This document shows, piece by piece, positions 26,645-42,100 of a stretch of 64,000 bases of DNA. Below the pieces are notes generated by a model. That model did not search any database and was not told where the DNA came from. It saw only the letters and a program-made list of their open reading frames with translations. The translations under genes were made by a program, and so were the position numbers. The number at the start of each line of letters is the position of its first letter. Within the stretch, counting starts at the first letter, position 1. This DNA is from the human T2T-CHM13v2.0 reference genome, Homo sapiens: NCBI RefSeq assembly GCF_009914755.1, contig NC_060925.1. One strand, given 5' to 3'.

Positions 26645-28420
26645 ATGAAATTGAAATGGATGGACACATCATCGAATGGATTCGAATGGAATCATCGAAT
26701 AAAATTGATTGAAATCATCATCAAATGGAATCGAATGGTATCATTGAATGGAATCGAATGGAATCATCATCAGATGGAAATGAATGGAATCGTCATAGAA
26801 TGGAATCGAATGGATTCATTGAATGGAATCAGATGGAATCATCGAATGGACTGGAATGGAATCATTGAATGGACTCGAAAGGGATCATGATTGAATGGAA
26901 TTGAATGGAATCATCGAATGGTCTCGATTGGAATCATTACCAAATGGAATCGAATGGAATCACCGAATAGAATCGAATGGAACAATCATCGAATGGACTC
27001 AAATGGAATTATCCTCAAATGGAATCGAATGGAATTATCGAATGCAATCGAATGGAATTATCGAATGCAATCGAATAGAATCATCGAATGGACTCGAATG
27101 GAATCATCGAATGGAATGGAATGGAACAGTCAATGAACTCGAATGGAATCATCATTGAATGGAATCGAATGGAATCATCGAGTGGAATCGAATGGAATTA
27201 TGATCAAATGGAATCGAATGTATTCATCATCAAATGGAATCAAAAATAACCATCATCAATTGGTATTGAATGGAATTGTCATCAAATGGAATTCAAAGGA
27301 ATCATCATCAAATGGAACCGAATGGAATCCTCATTGAATGGAAATGAAAGGGGTCATCATCTAATGGAATCGCATGGAATCATCATCAAATGGAATCGAA
27401 TGGAATCATCATCAAATGGAATCTAATGGAATCATTGAACAGAATTGAATGGAATCGTCATCGAATGAATTGAATGCAATCATCGAATGGTCTCGAATGG
27501 AATCATCTTCTAATGGAAAGGAATGGAATCATCGCATAGAATCGAATGGAATTATCATCGAATGGAATCGAATGGTATCAACACCAAACGGAAAAAAACG
27601 GAATTATCGAATGGAATCGAAGAGAATCTTCGAACGGACCCGAATGGAATCATCTAATGGAATGGAATGGAATAATCCATGGACTCGAATGCAATCATCA
27701 TCGAATGGAATCGAATGGAATCATCGAATGGACTCGAATGGAATAATCATTGAACGGAATCGAATGGAATCATCATCGGATGGAAATGAATGGAATCATC
27801 ATCGAATGGAAATGAAAGGAGTCATCATCTAATGGAATTGCATGGAATCATCATAAAATGGAATCGAATGGAATCAACATCAAATGGAATCAAATGGAAT
27901 CATTGAACGGAATTGAATGGAATCGTCATCGAATGAATTGACTGCAATCATCGAATGGTCTCGAATGGAATCATCTTCAAATGGAATGGAATGGAATCAT
28001 CGCATAGAATCGAATGGAATTATCATCGAATGGAATCGAATGGAATCAACATCAAACGGAAAAAAACGGAATTATCGAATGGAATCGAAGAGAATCATCG
28101 AATGGACCCGAATGGAATCATCTAATGGAATGGAATGGAATAATCCATGGACTCGAATGCAATCATCATCGAATGGAATCGAATGGAATCATCGAATGGA
28201 CTCGAATGGAATAATCATTGAACGGAATCGAATGGAATCATCATCGGATGGAAATGAATGGAATCATCATCGAATGGAATCGAATAGAATTATGGAATGA
28301 AATCCAGTGTGATCATCATCGAATGGACCCGAATGGAATCATCATCCAACGGAAGCTAATGGAATCAACATCGAATGAATCGAATGGAAACACCATCGAA
28401 TTGAAACGAATGGAATTATC

Positions 28421-30196
28421 ATGAAATTGAAATGGATGGACTCATCATCGAATGGATTCGAATGGAATCATCGAATAAAATTGATTGAAATCATCATCCA
28501 ATGGAATCGAATGGTATCATTGAATGGAATCGAATGGAATCATCATCAGATGGAAATGAATGGAATCGTCATAGAATGGAATCGAATGGATTCATTGAAT
28601 AGAATCAGATGGAATCATCGAATGGACTGGAATGGAATCATTGAATGGACTCGAAAGGGATCATTATTGAATGGAATTGAATAGAATCATCGAATGGTCT
28701 CGATTGGAATCATTATCAAATGGAATCGAATGGAATCACCGAATAGAATCGAATGGAACAATCATCGAATGGACTCAAATGGAATTATCCTCAAATGGAA
28801 TCGAATGGAATTATCGAATGCAATCGAATGGAATTATCGAATGCAATCGAATAGAATCATCGAATGGACTCGAATGGAATCATCGAATGGAATGGAATGG
28901 AACAGTCAATGAACTCGAATGGAATCATCATTGAATGGAATCGAATGGAATCATCGAGTGGAATCGAATGGAATTATGATCAAATGGAATCGAATGTAAT
29001 CATCATCAAATGGAATCAAAAATAACCATCATCAATTGGTATTGAATGGAATTGTCATCAAATGGAATTCAAAGGAATCATCATCAAATGGAACCGAATG
29101 GAATCCTCATTGAATGGAAATGAAAGGGGTCATCATCTAATGGAATCGCATGGAATCATCATCAAATGGAATCGAATGGAATCATCATCAAATGGAATCT
29201 AATGGAATCATTGAACAGAATTGAATGGAATCGTCATCGAATGAATTGAATGCAATCATCGAATGGTCTCGAATGGAATCATCTTCTAATGGAAAGGAAT
29301 GGAATCATCGCATAGAATCGAATGGAATTATCATCGAATGGAATCAAATGGTATCAACACCAAACGGAAAAAAACGGAATTATCGAATGGAATCGAAGAG
29401 AATCTTCGAACGGACCCGAATGGAATCATCTAATGGAATGGAATGGAATAATCCATGGACTCGAATGCAATCATCATCGAATGGAATGGAATGGAATCAT
29501 CGAATGGACTCGAATGGAATAATCATTGAACGGAATCGAATGGAATCATCATCGGATGGAAACGAATGGAATCATCATCGAATGGAAATGAAAGGAGTCA
29601 TCATCTAATGGAATTGCATGGAATCATCATAAAATGGAATCGAATGGAATCAACATCAAATGGAATCAAATGGAATCATTGAACGGAATTGAATGGAATC
29701 GTCATCGAATGAATTGACTGCAATCATCGAATGGTCTCGAATGGAATCATCTTCAAATGGAATGGAATGGAATCATCGCATAGAATCGAATGGAATTATC
29801 ATCGAATGGAATCGAATGGAATCAACATCAAATGGAAAAAAACGGAATTATCGAATGGAATCGAAGAGAATCATCGAATGGACCCGAATGGAATCATCTA
29901 ATGGAATGGAATGGAATAATCCATGGACTCGAATGCAATCATCATCGAATGGAATCGAATGGAATCATCGAATGGACTCGAATGGAATAATCATTGAACG
30001 GAATCGAATGGAATCATCATCGGATGGAAATGAATGGAATCATCATCGAATGGAATCGAATAGAATTATGGAATGAAATCCAGTGTGATCATCATCGAAT
30101 GGACCCGAATGGAATCATCATCCAACGGAAGCTAATGGAATCAACATCGAATGAATCGAATGGAAACACCATCGAATTGAAACGAATGGAATTATC
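28421..30196 (+). repeat. Representative canonical 1,776-bp unit
   Basis: Landmark to landmark. Contains one GAATTC about 644 bp in, the motifs CAAAAATAACC, GAAAGGGGTC and GAAATCCAGTGTGATC once each, and the 468-bp A/B dimer. Confidence 0.95.
29112..30047 (+). repeat. Internal 468-bp tandem dimer (A 29112-29579, B 29580-30047) present in every canonical unit
   Basis: GAATGGAAATGAAAGG(G/A)GTCATCATCTAATGG at 29112 and 29580. The paired 127-aa pseudo-ORFs at 29225 and 29693 are 468 apart. Diagnostic differences include TTGAATGC/TTGACTGC, TCTAATGGAAAG/TCAAATGGAATG, GTATCAACACC/GAATCAACATC and CTTCGAACG/CATCGAATG. Confidence 0.93.
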
Positions 30197-33100
30197 ATGA
30201 AATTGAAATGGATGGACTCATCATCGAATGGATTCGAATGGAATCATCGAATAAAATTGATTGAAATCATCATCGAATGGAATCGAATGGTATCATTGAA
30301 TGGAATCGAATGGAATCATCATCAGATGGAAATGAATGGAATCGTCATAGAATGGAATCGAATGGATTCATTGAATGGAATCAGATGGAATCATCGAATG
30401 GACTGGAATGGAATCATTGAATGGACTCGAAAGGGATCATGATTGAATGGAATTGAATGGAATCATCGAATGGTCTCGATTGGAATCATTATCAAATGGA
30501 ATCGAATGGAATCACCGAATAGAATCGAATGGAACAATCATCGAATGGACTCAAATGGAATTATCCTCAAATGGAATCGAATGGAATTATCGAATGCAAT
30601 CGAATGGAATTATCGAATGCAATCGAATAGAATCATCGAAAGGACTCGAATGGAATCATCGAATGGAATGGAATGGAACAGTCAATGAACTCGAATGGAA
30701 TCATCATTGAATGGAATCGAATGGAATCATCGAGTGGAATCGAATGGAATTATGATCAAATGGAATCGAATGTAATCATCATCAAATGGAATCAAAAATA
30801 ACCATCATCAATTGGTATTGAATGGAATTGTCATCAAATGGAATTCAAAGGAATCATCATCAAATGGAACCGAATGGAATCCTCATTGAATGGAAATGAA
30901 AGGGGTCATCATCTAATGGAATCGCATGGAATCATCATCAAATGGAATCGAATGGAATCATCATCAAATGGAATCTAATGGAATCATTGAACAGAATTGA
31001 ATGGAATCGTCATCGAATGAATTGAATGCAATCATCGAATGGTCTCGAATGGAATCATCTTCTAATGGAAAGGAATGGAATCATCGCATAGAATCGAATG
31101 GAATTATCATCGAATGGAATCAAATGGTATCAACACCAAACGGAAAAAAACGGAATTATCGAATGGAATCGAAGAGAATCTTCGAACGGACCCGAATGGA
31201 ATCATCTAATGGAATGGAATGGAATAATCCATGGACTCGAATGCAATCATCATCGAATGGAATGGAATGGAATCATCGAATGGACTCGAATGGAATAATC
31301 ATTGAACGGAATCGAATGGAATCATCATCGGATGGAAACGAATGGAATCATCATCGAATGGAAATGAAAGGAGTCATCATCTAATGGAATTGCATGGAAT
31401 CATCATAAAATGGAATCGAATGGAATCAACATCAAATGGAATCAAATGGAATCATTGAACGGAATTGAATGGAATCGTCATCGAATGAATTGACTGCAAT
31501 CATCGAATGGTCTCGAATGGAATCATCTTCAAATGGAATGGAATGGAATCATCGCATAGAATCGAATGGAATTATCATCGAATGGAATCGAATGGAATCA
31601 ACATCAAACGGAAAAAAACGGAATTATCGAATGGAATCGAAGAGAATCATCGAATGGACCCGAATGGAATCATCTAATGGAATGGAATGGAATAATCCAT
31701 GGACTCGAATGCAATCATCATCGAATGGAATCGAATGGAATCATCGAATGGACTCGAATGGAATAATCATTGAACGGAATCGAATGGAATCATCATCGGA
31801 TGGAAATGAATGGAATCATCATCGAATGGAATCGAATAGAATTATGGAATGAAATCCAGTGTGATCATCATCGAATGGACCCGAATGGAATCATCATCCA
31901 ACGGAAGCTAATGGAATCAACATCGAATGAATCGAATGGAAACATCATCGAATTGAAACGAATGGAATTATCATGAAATTGAAATGGATGGACTCATCAT
32001 CGAATGGATTCGAATGGAATCATCGAATAAAATTGAAATCATCATCGAATGGAATCGAATGGTATCATTGAATGGAATCGAATGGAATCATCATCAGATG
32101 GAAATGAATGGAATCGTCATAGAATGGAATCGAATGGATTCATTGAATGGAATCAGATGGAATCATCGAATGGACTGGAATGGAATCATTGAATGGACTC
32201 GAAAGGGATCATGATTGAATGGAATTGAATGGAATCATCGAATGGTCTCGATTGGAATCATTATCAAATGGAATCGAATGGAATCACCGAATAGAATCGA
32301 ATGGAACAATCATCGAATGGACTCAAATGGAATTATCCTCAAATGGAATCGAATGGAATTATCGAATGCAATCGAATGGAATTATCGAATGCAATCGAAT
32401 AGAATCATCGAAAGGACTCGAATGGAATCATCGAATGGAATGGAATGGAACAGTCAATGAACTCGAATGGAATCATCATTGAATGGAATCGAATGGAATC
32501 ATCGAGTGGAATCGAATGGAATTATGATCAAATGGAATCTAATGTAATCATCATCAAATGGAATCAAAAATAACCATCATCAATTGGTATTGAATGGAAT
32601 TGTCATCAAATGGAATTCAAAGGAATCATCATCAAATGGAACCGAATGGAATCCTCATTGAATGGAAATGAAAGGGGTCATCATCTAATGGAATCGCATG
32701 GAATCATCATCAAATGGAATCGAATGGAATCATCATCAAATGGAATCTAATGGAATCATTGAACAGAATTGAATGGAATCATCATCGAATGAATTGAATG
32801 CAATCATCGAATGGTCTCGAATGGAATCATCTTCTAATGGAAAGGAATGGAATCATCGCATAGAATCGAATGGAATTATCATCGAATGGAATCGAATGGT
32901 ATCAACACCAAACGGAAAAAAACGGAATTATCGAATGGAATCGAAGAGAATCTTCGAACGGACCCGAATGGAATCATCTAATGGAATGGAATGGAATAAT
33001 CCATGGACTCGAATGCAATCATCATCGAATGGAATGGAATGGAATCATCGAATGGACTCGAATGGAATAATCATTGAACGGAATCGAATGGAATCATCAT

Positions 33101-36100
33101 CGGATGGAAACGAATGGAATCATCATCGAATGGAAATGAAAGGAGTCATCATCTAATGGAATTGCATGGAATCATCATAAAATGGAATCGAATGGAATCA
33201 ACCTCAAATGGAATCAAATGGAATCATTGAACGGAATTGAATGGAATCGTCATCGAATGAATTGACTGCAATCATCGAATGGTCTCGAATGGAATCATCT
33301 TCAAATGGAATGGAATGGAATCATCGCATAGAATCGAATGGAATTATCATCGAATGGAATCGAATGGAATCAACATCAAACGGAAAAAAACGGAATTATC
33401 GAATGGAATCGAAGAGAATCATCGAATGGACCCGAATGGAATCATCTAATGGAATGGAATGGAATAATCCATGGACTCGAATGCAATCATCATCGAATGG
33501 AATCGAATGGAATCATCGAATGGACTCGAATGGAATAATCATTGAACGGAATCGAATGGAATCATCATCGGATGGAAATGAATGGAATCATCATCGAATG
33601 GAATCGAATAGAATTATGGAATGAAATCCAGTGTGATCATCATCGAATGGACCCGAATGGAATCATCATCCAACGGAAGCTAATGGAATCAACATCGAAT
33701 GAATCGAATGGAAACACCATCGAATTGAAACGAATGGAATTATCATGAAATGGAAATGGATGGACTCATCATCGAATGGATTCGAATGGAATCATCGAAT
33801 AAAATTGATTGAAATCATCATCCAATGGAATCGAATGGTATCATTGAATGGAATCGAATGGAATCATCATCAGATGGAAATGAATGGAATCGTCATAGAA
33901 TGGAATCGAATGGATTCATTGAATGGAATCAGATGGAATCATCGAATGGACTGGAATGGAATCATTGAATGGACTCGAAAGGGATCATGATTGTATGGAA
34001 TTGAATGGAATCATCGAATGGTCTCGATTGGAATCATTATCAAATGGAATCGAATGGAATCACCGAATAGAATCGAATGGAACAATCATCGAATGGACTC
34101 AAATGGAATTATCCTCAAGTGGAATCGAATGGAATTATCGAATGCAATCGAATGGAATTATCGAATGCAATCGAATAGAATCATCGAATGGACTCGAATG
34201 GAATCATCGAATGGAATGGAATGGAACAGTCAATGAACTCGAATGGAATCATCATTGAATGGAATCGAATGGAATCATCGAGTGGAATCGAATGGAATTA
34301 TGATCAAATGGAATCGAATGTAATCATCATCAAATGGAATCAAAAATAACCATCATCAATTGGTATTGAATGGAATTGTCATCAAATGGAATTCAAAGGA
34401 ATCATCATCAAATGGAACCGAATGGAATCCTCATTGAATGGAAATGAAAGGGGTCATCATCTAATGGAATCGCATGGAATCATCATCAAATGGAATCGAA
34501 TGGAATCATCATCAAATGGAATCTAATGGAATCATTGAACAGAATTGAATGGAATCGTCATCGAATGAATTGAATGCAATCATCGAATGGTCTCGAATGG
34601 AATCATCTTCTAATGGAAAGGAATGGAATCATCGCATAGAATCGAATGGAATTATCATCGAATGGAATCGAATGGTATCAACACCAAACGGAAAAAAACG
34701 GAATTATCGAATGGAATCGAAGAGAATCTTCGAACGGACCCGAATGGAATCATCTAATGGAATGGAATGGAATAATCCATGGACTCGAATGCAATCATCA
34801 TCGAATGGAATCGAATGGAGTCATCGAATGGACTCGAATGGAATAATCATTGAACGGAATCGAATGGAATCATCATCGGATGGAAACGAATGGAATCATC
34901 ATCGAATGGAAATGAAAGGAGTCATCATCTAATGGAATTGCATTTAATCATCATAAAATGCAATCGAATGGAATCAACATCAAATGGAATCAAATGGAAT
35001 CATTGAACGGAATTGAATGGAATCGTCATCGAATGAATTGACTGCAATCATCGAATGGTCTCGAATGGAATCATCTTCAAATGGAATGGAATGGAATCAT
35101 CGCATAGAATCGAATGGAATTATCATCGAATGGAATCGAATGGAATCAACATCAAACGGAAAAAAACAGAATTATCGTGTGGAATCTAAGAGAATCATCG
35201 AATGGACCCGAATGGAATCATCTAATGGAATGGAATGGAATAATCCATGGACTCGAATGCAATCATCATCGAATGGAATCGAATGGAATCTTCGAATGGA
35301 CTCGAATGGAATAATCATTGAACGGAATCGAATGGAATCATCATCGGATGGAAATGAATGGAATCATCATCGAATGGAATCGAATAGAATTATGGAATGA
35401 AATCCAGTGTGATCATCATCGAATGGACCCGAATGGAATCATCATCCAACGGAAGCTAATGGAATCAACATCGAATGAATCGAATGGAACCACCATCGAA
35501 TTGAAACGAATGGAATTATCATGAAATTGAAATGGATGGACACATCATCGAATGGATTCGAATGGAATCATCGAATAAAATTGATTGAAATCATCATCAA
35601 ATGGAATCGAATGGTATCATTGAATGGAATCGAATGGAATCATCATCAGATGGAAATGAATGGAATCGTCATAGAATGGAATCGAATGGATTCATTGAAT
35701 GGAATCAGATGGAATCATCGAATGGACTGGAATGGAATCATTGAATGGACTCGAAAGGGATCATTATTGAATGGAATTGAATGGAATCATCGAATGGTCT
35801 CGATTGGAATCATTACCAAATGGAATCGAATGGAATCACCGAATAGAATCGAATGGAACAATCATCGAATGGACTCAAATGGAATTATCCTCCAATGGAA
35901 TCGAATGGAATTATCGAATGCAATCGAATGGAATTATCGAATGCAATCGAATAGAATCATCGAATGGACTCGAATGGAATCATCGAATGGAATGGAATGG
36001 AACAGTCAATGAACTCGAATGGAATCATCATTGAATGGAATCGAATGGAATCATCGAGTGGAATCGAATGGAATTATGATCAAATGGAATCGAATGTAAT

Positions 36101-39100
36101 CATCATCAAATGGAATCAAAAATAACCATCATCAATTGGTATTGAATGGAATTGTCATCAAATGGAATTCAAAGGAATCATCATCAAATGGAACCGAATG
36201 GAATCCTCATTGAATGGAAATGAAAGGGGTCATCATCTAATGGAATCGCATGGAATCATCATCAAATGGAATCGAATGGAATCATCATCAAATGGAATCT
36301 AATGGAATCATTGAACAGAATTGAATGGAATCGTCATCGAATGAATTGAATGCAATCATCGAATGGTCTCGAATGGAATCATCTTCTAATGGAAAGGAAT
36401 GGAATCATCGCATAGAATCGAATGGAATTATCATCGAATGGAATCGAATGGTATCAACACCAAACGGAAAAAAACGGAATTATCGAATGGAATCGAAGAG
36501 AATCTTCGAACGGACCCGAATGGAATCATCTAATGGAATGGAATGGAATAATCCATGGACTCGAATGCAATCATCATCGAATGGAATCGAATGGAGTCAT
36601 CGAATGGACTCGAATGGAATAATCATTGAACGGAATCGAATGGAATCATCATCGGATGGAAACGAATGGAATCATCATCGAATGGAAATGAAAGGAGTCA
36701 TCATCTAATGGAATTGCATGGAATCATCATAAAATGGAATCGAATGGAATCAACCTCAAATGGAATCAAATGGAATCATTGAACGGAATTGAATGGAATC
36801 GTCATCGAATGAATTGACTGCAATCATCGAATGGTCTCGAATGGAATCATCTTCAAATGGAATGGAATGGAATCATCGCATAGAATCGAATGGAATTATC
36901 ATCGAATGGAATCGAATGGAATCAACATCAAACGGAAAAAAACGGAATTATCGAATGGAATCGAAGAGAATCATCGAATGGACCCGAATGGAATCATCTA
37001 ATGGAATGGAATGGAATAATCCATGGACTCGAATGCAATCATCATCGAATGGAATCGAATGGAATCATCGAATGGACTCGAATGGAATAATCATTGAACG
37101 GAATCGAATGGAATCATCATCGGATGGAAATGAATGGAATCATCATCGAATGGAATCGAATAGAATTATGGAATGAAATCCAGTGTGATCATCATCGAAT
37201 GGACCCGAATGGAATCATCATCCAACGGAAGCTAATGGAATCAACATCGAATGAATCGAATGGAAACACCATCGAATTGAAACGAATGGAATTATCATGA
37301 AATTGAAATGGATGGACTCATCATCGAATGGATTCGAATGGAATCATCGAATAAAATTGATTGAAATCATCATCCAATGGAATCGAATGGTATCATTGAA
37401 TGGAATCGAATGGAATCATCATCAGATGGAAATGAATGGAATCGTCATAGGATGGAATCGAATGGATTCATTGAATGGAATCAGATGGAATCATCGAATG
37501 GACTGGAATGGAATCATTGAATGGACTCGAAAGGGATCATTATTGAATGGAATTGAATGGAATCATCGAATGGTCTCGATTGGAATCATTATCAAATGGA
37601 ATCGAATGGAATCACCGAATAGAATCGAATGGAACAATCATCGAATGGACTCAAATGGAATTATCCTCCAATGGAATCGAATGAAATTATCGAATGCAAT
37701 CGAATGGAATTATCGAATGCAATCGAATAGAATCATCGAATGGACTCGAATGGAATCATCGAATGGAATGGAATGGAACAGTCAATGAACTCGAATGGAA
37801 TCATCATTGAATGGAATCGAATGGAATCATCGAGTGGAATCGAATGGAATTATGATCAAATGGAATCGAATGTAATCATCATCAAATGGAATCAAAAATA
37901 ACCATCATCAATTGGTATTGAATGGAATTGTCATCAAATGGAATTCAAAGGAATCATCATCAAATGGAACCGAATGGAATCCTCATTGAATGGAAATGAA
38001 AGGGGTCATCATCTAATGGAATCGCATGGAATCATCATCAAATGGAATCGAATGGAATCATCATCAAATGGAATCTAATGGAATCATTGAACAGAATTGA
38101 ATGGAATCGTCATCGAATGAATTGAATGCAATCATCGAATGGTCTCGAATGGAATCATCTTCTAATGGAAAGGAATGGAATCATCGCATAGAATCGAATG
38201 GAATTATCATCGAATGGAATCGAATGGTATCAACACCAAACGGAAAAATACGGAATTATCGAATGGAATCGAAGAGAATCTTCGAACGGACCCGAATGGA
38301 ATCATCTAATGGAATGGAATGGAATAATCCATGGACTCGAATGCAATCATCATCGAATGGAATGGAATGGAATCATCGAATGGACTCGAATGGAATAATC
38401 ATTGAACGGAATCGAATGGAATCATCATCGGATGGAAACGAATGGAATCATCATCGAATGGAAATGAAAGGAGTCATCATCTAATGGAATTGCATGGAAT
38501 CATCATAAAATGGAATCGAATGGAATCAACATCAAATGGAATCAAATGGAATCATTGAACGGAATTGAATGGAATCGTCATCGAATGAATTGACTGCAAT
38601 CATCGAATGGTCTCGAATGGAATCATCTTCAAATGGAATGGAATGGAATCATCGCATAGAATCGAATGGAATTATCATCGAATGGAATCGAATGGAATCA
38701 ACATCAAACGGAAAAAAACGGAATTATCGAATGGAATCGAAGAGAATCATCGAATGGACCCGAATGGAATCATCTAATGGAATGGAATGGAATAATCCAT
38801 GGACTCGAATGCAATCATCATCGAATGGAATCGAATGGAATCATCGAATGGACTCGAATGGAATAATCATTGAACGGAATCGAATGGAATCATCATCGGA
38901 TGGAAATGAATGGAATCATCATCGAATGGAATCGAATAGAATTATGGAATGAAATCCAGTGTGATCATCATCGAATGGACCCGAATGGAATCATCATCCA
39001 ACGGAAGCTAATGGAATCAACATCGAATGAATCGAATGGAAACACCATCGAATTGAAACGAATGGAATTATCATGAAATGGAAATGGATGGACTCATCAT

Positions 39101-42100
39101 CGAATGGATTCGAATGGAATCATCGAATAAAATTGATTGAAATCATCATCCAATGGAATCGAATGGTATCATTGAATGGAAACGAATGGAATCATCATCA
39201 GATGGAAATGAATGGAATCGTCATAGAATGGAATCGAATGGATTCATTGAATGGAATCAGATGGAATCATCGAATGGACTGGAATGGAATCATTGAATGG
39301 ACTCGAAAGGGATCATTATTGAATGGAATTGAATGGAATCATCGAATGGTCTCGATTGGAATCATTATCAAATGGAATCGAATGGAATCACCGAATAGAA
39401 TCGAATGGAACAATCATCGAATGGACTCAAATGGAATTATCCTCCAATGGAATCGAATGGAATTATCGAATGCAATCGAATGGAATTATCGAATGCAATC
39501 GAATAGAATCATCGAATGGACTCGAATGGAATCATCGAATGGAATGGAATGGAACAGTCAATGAACTCGAATGGAATCATCATTGAATGGAATCGAATGG
39601 AATCATCGAGTGGAATCGAATGGAATTATGATCAAATGGAATCGAATGTAATCATCATCAAATGGAATCAAAAATAACCATCATCAATTGGTATTGAATG
39701 GAATTGTCATCAAATGGAATTCAAAGGAATCATCATCAAATGGAACCGAATGGAATCCTCATTGAATGGAAATGAAAGGGGTCATCATCTAATGGAATCG
39801 CATGGAATCATCATCAAATGGAATCGAATGGAATCATCATCAAATGGAATCTAATGGAATCATTGAACAGAATTGAATGGAATCATCATCGAATGAATTG
39901 AATGCAATCATCGAATGGTCTCGAATGGAATCATCTTCTAATGGAAAGGAATGGAATCATCGCATAGAATCGAATGGAATTATCATCGAATGGAATCGAA
40001 TGGTATCAACACCAAACGGAAAAAAACGGAATTATCGAATGGAATCGAAGAGAATCTTCGAACGGACCCGAATGGAATCATCTAATGGAATGGAATGGAA
40101 TAATCCATGGACTCGAATGCAATCATCATCGAATGGAATGGAATGGAATCATCGAATGGACTCGAATGGAATAATCATTGAACGGAATCGAATGGAATCA
40201 TCATCGGATGGAAACGAATGGAATCATCATCGAATGGAAATGAAAGGAGTCATCATCTAATGGAATTGCATGGAATCATCATAAAATGGAATCGAATGGA
40301 ATCAACCTCAAATGGAATCAAATGGAATCATTGAACGGAATTGAATGGAATCGTCATCGAATGAATTGACTGCAATCATCGAATGGTCTCGAATGGAATC
40401 ATCTTCAAATGGAATGGAATGGAATCATCGCATAGAATCGAATGGAATTATCATCGAATGGAATCGAATGGAATCAACATCAAACGGAAAAAAACGGAAT
40501 TATCGAATGGAATCGAAGAGAATCATCGAATGGACCCGAATGGAATCATCTAATGGAATGGAATGGAATAATCCATGGACTCGAATGCAATCATCATCGA
40601 ATGGAATCGAATGGAATCATCGAATGGACTCGAATGGAATAACCATTGAACGGAATCGAATGGAATCATCATCGGATGGAAATGAATGGAATCATCATCG
40701 AATGGAATCGAATAGAATTATGGAATGAAATCCAGTGTGATCATCATCGAATGGACCCGAATGGAATCATCATCCAACGGAAGCTAATGGAATCAACATC
40801 GAATGAATCGAATGGAAACACCATCGAATTGAAACGAATGGAATTATCATGAAATTGAAATGGATGGACTCATCATCGAATGGATTCGAATGGAATCATC
40901 GAATAAAATTGATTGAAATCATCATCCAATGGAATCGAATGGTATCATTGAATGGAAACGAATGGAATCATCATCAGATGGAAATGAATGGAATCGTCAT
41001 AGAATGGAATCGAATGGATTCATTGAATGGAATCAGATGGAATCATCGAATGGACTGGAATGGAATCATTGAATGGACTCGAAAGGGATCATGATTGAAT
41101 GGAATTGAATGGAATCATCGAATGGTCTCGATTGGAATCATTATCAAATGGAATCGAATGGAATCACCGAATAGAATCGAATGGAACAATCATCGAATGG
41201 ACTCAAATGGAATTATCCTCCAATGGAATCGAATGGAATTATCGAATGCAATCGAATGGAATTATCGAATGCAATCGAATAGAATCATCGAATGGACTCG
41301 AATGGAATCATCGAATGGAATGGAATGGAACAGTCAATGAACTCGAATGGAATCATCATTGAATGGAATCGAATGGAATCATCGAGTGGAATCGAATGGA
41401 ATTATGATCAAATGGAATCGAATGTAATCATCATCAAATGGAATCAAAAATAACCATCATCAATTGGTATTGAATGGAATTGTCATCAAATGGAATTCAA
41501 AGGAATCATCATCAAATGGAACCGAATGGAATCCTCATTGAATGGAAATGAAAGGGGTCATCATCTAATGGAATCGCATGGAATCATCATCAAATGGAAT
41601 CGAATGGAATCATCATCAAATGGAATCTAATGGAATCATTGAACAGAATTGAATGGAATCGTCATCGAATGAATTGAATGCAATCATCGAATGGTCTCGA
41701 ATGGAATCATCTTCTAATGGAAAGGAATGGAATCATCGCATAGAATCGAATGGAATTATCATCGAATGGAATCAAATGGTATCAACACCAAACGGAAAAA
41801 AACGGAATTATCGAATGGAATCGAAGAGAATCTTCGAACGGACCCGAATGGAATCATCTAATGGAATGGAATGGAATAATCCATGGACTCGAATGCAATC
41901 ATCATCGAATGGAATGGAATGGAATCATCGAATGGACTCGAATGGAATAATCATTGAACGGAATCGAATGGAATCATCATCGGATGGAAACGAATGGAAT
42001 CATCATCGAATGGAAATGAAAGGAGTCATCATCTAATGGAATTGCATGGAATCATCATAAAATGGAATCGAATGGAATCAACATCAAATGGAATCAAATG

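Noticed and set aside
2427-34535. Strict 16,054-bp higher-order period continuing through the window
   Set aside because: The 1772, 1133 and 1774-bp variants of the first interval are not repeated after 20849, and no third copy of the variant block appears near 33.4-37.5 kb.
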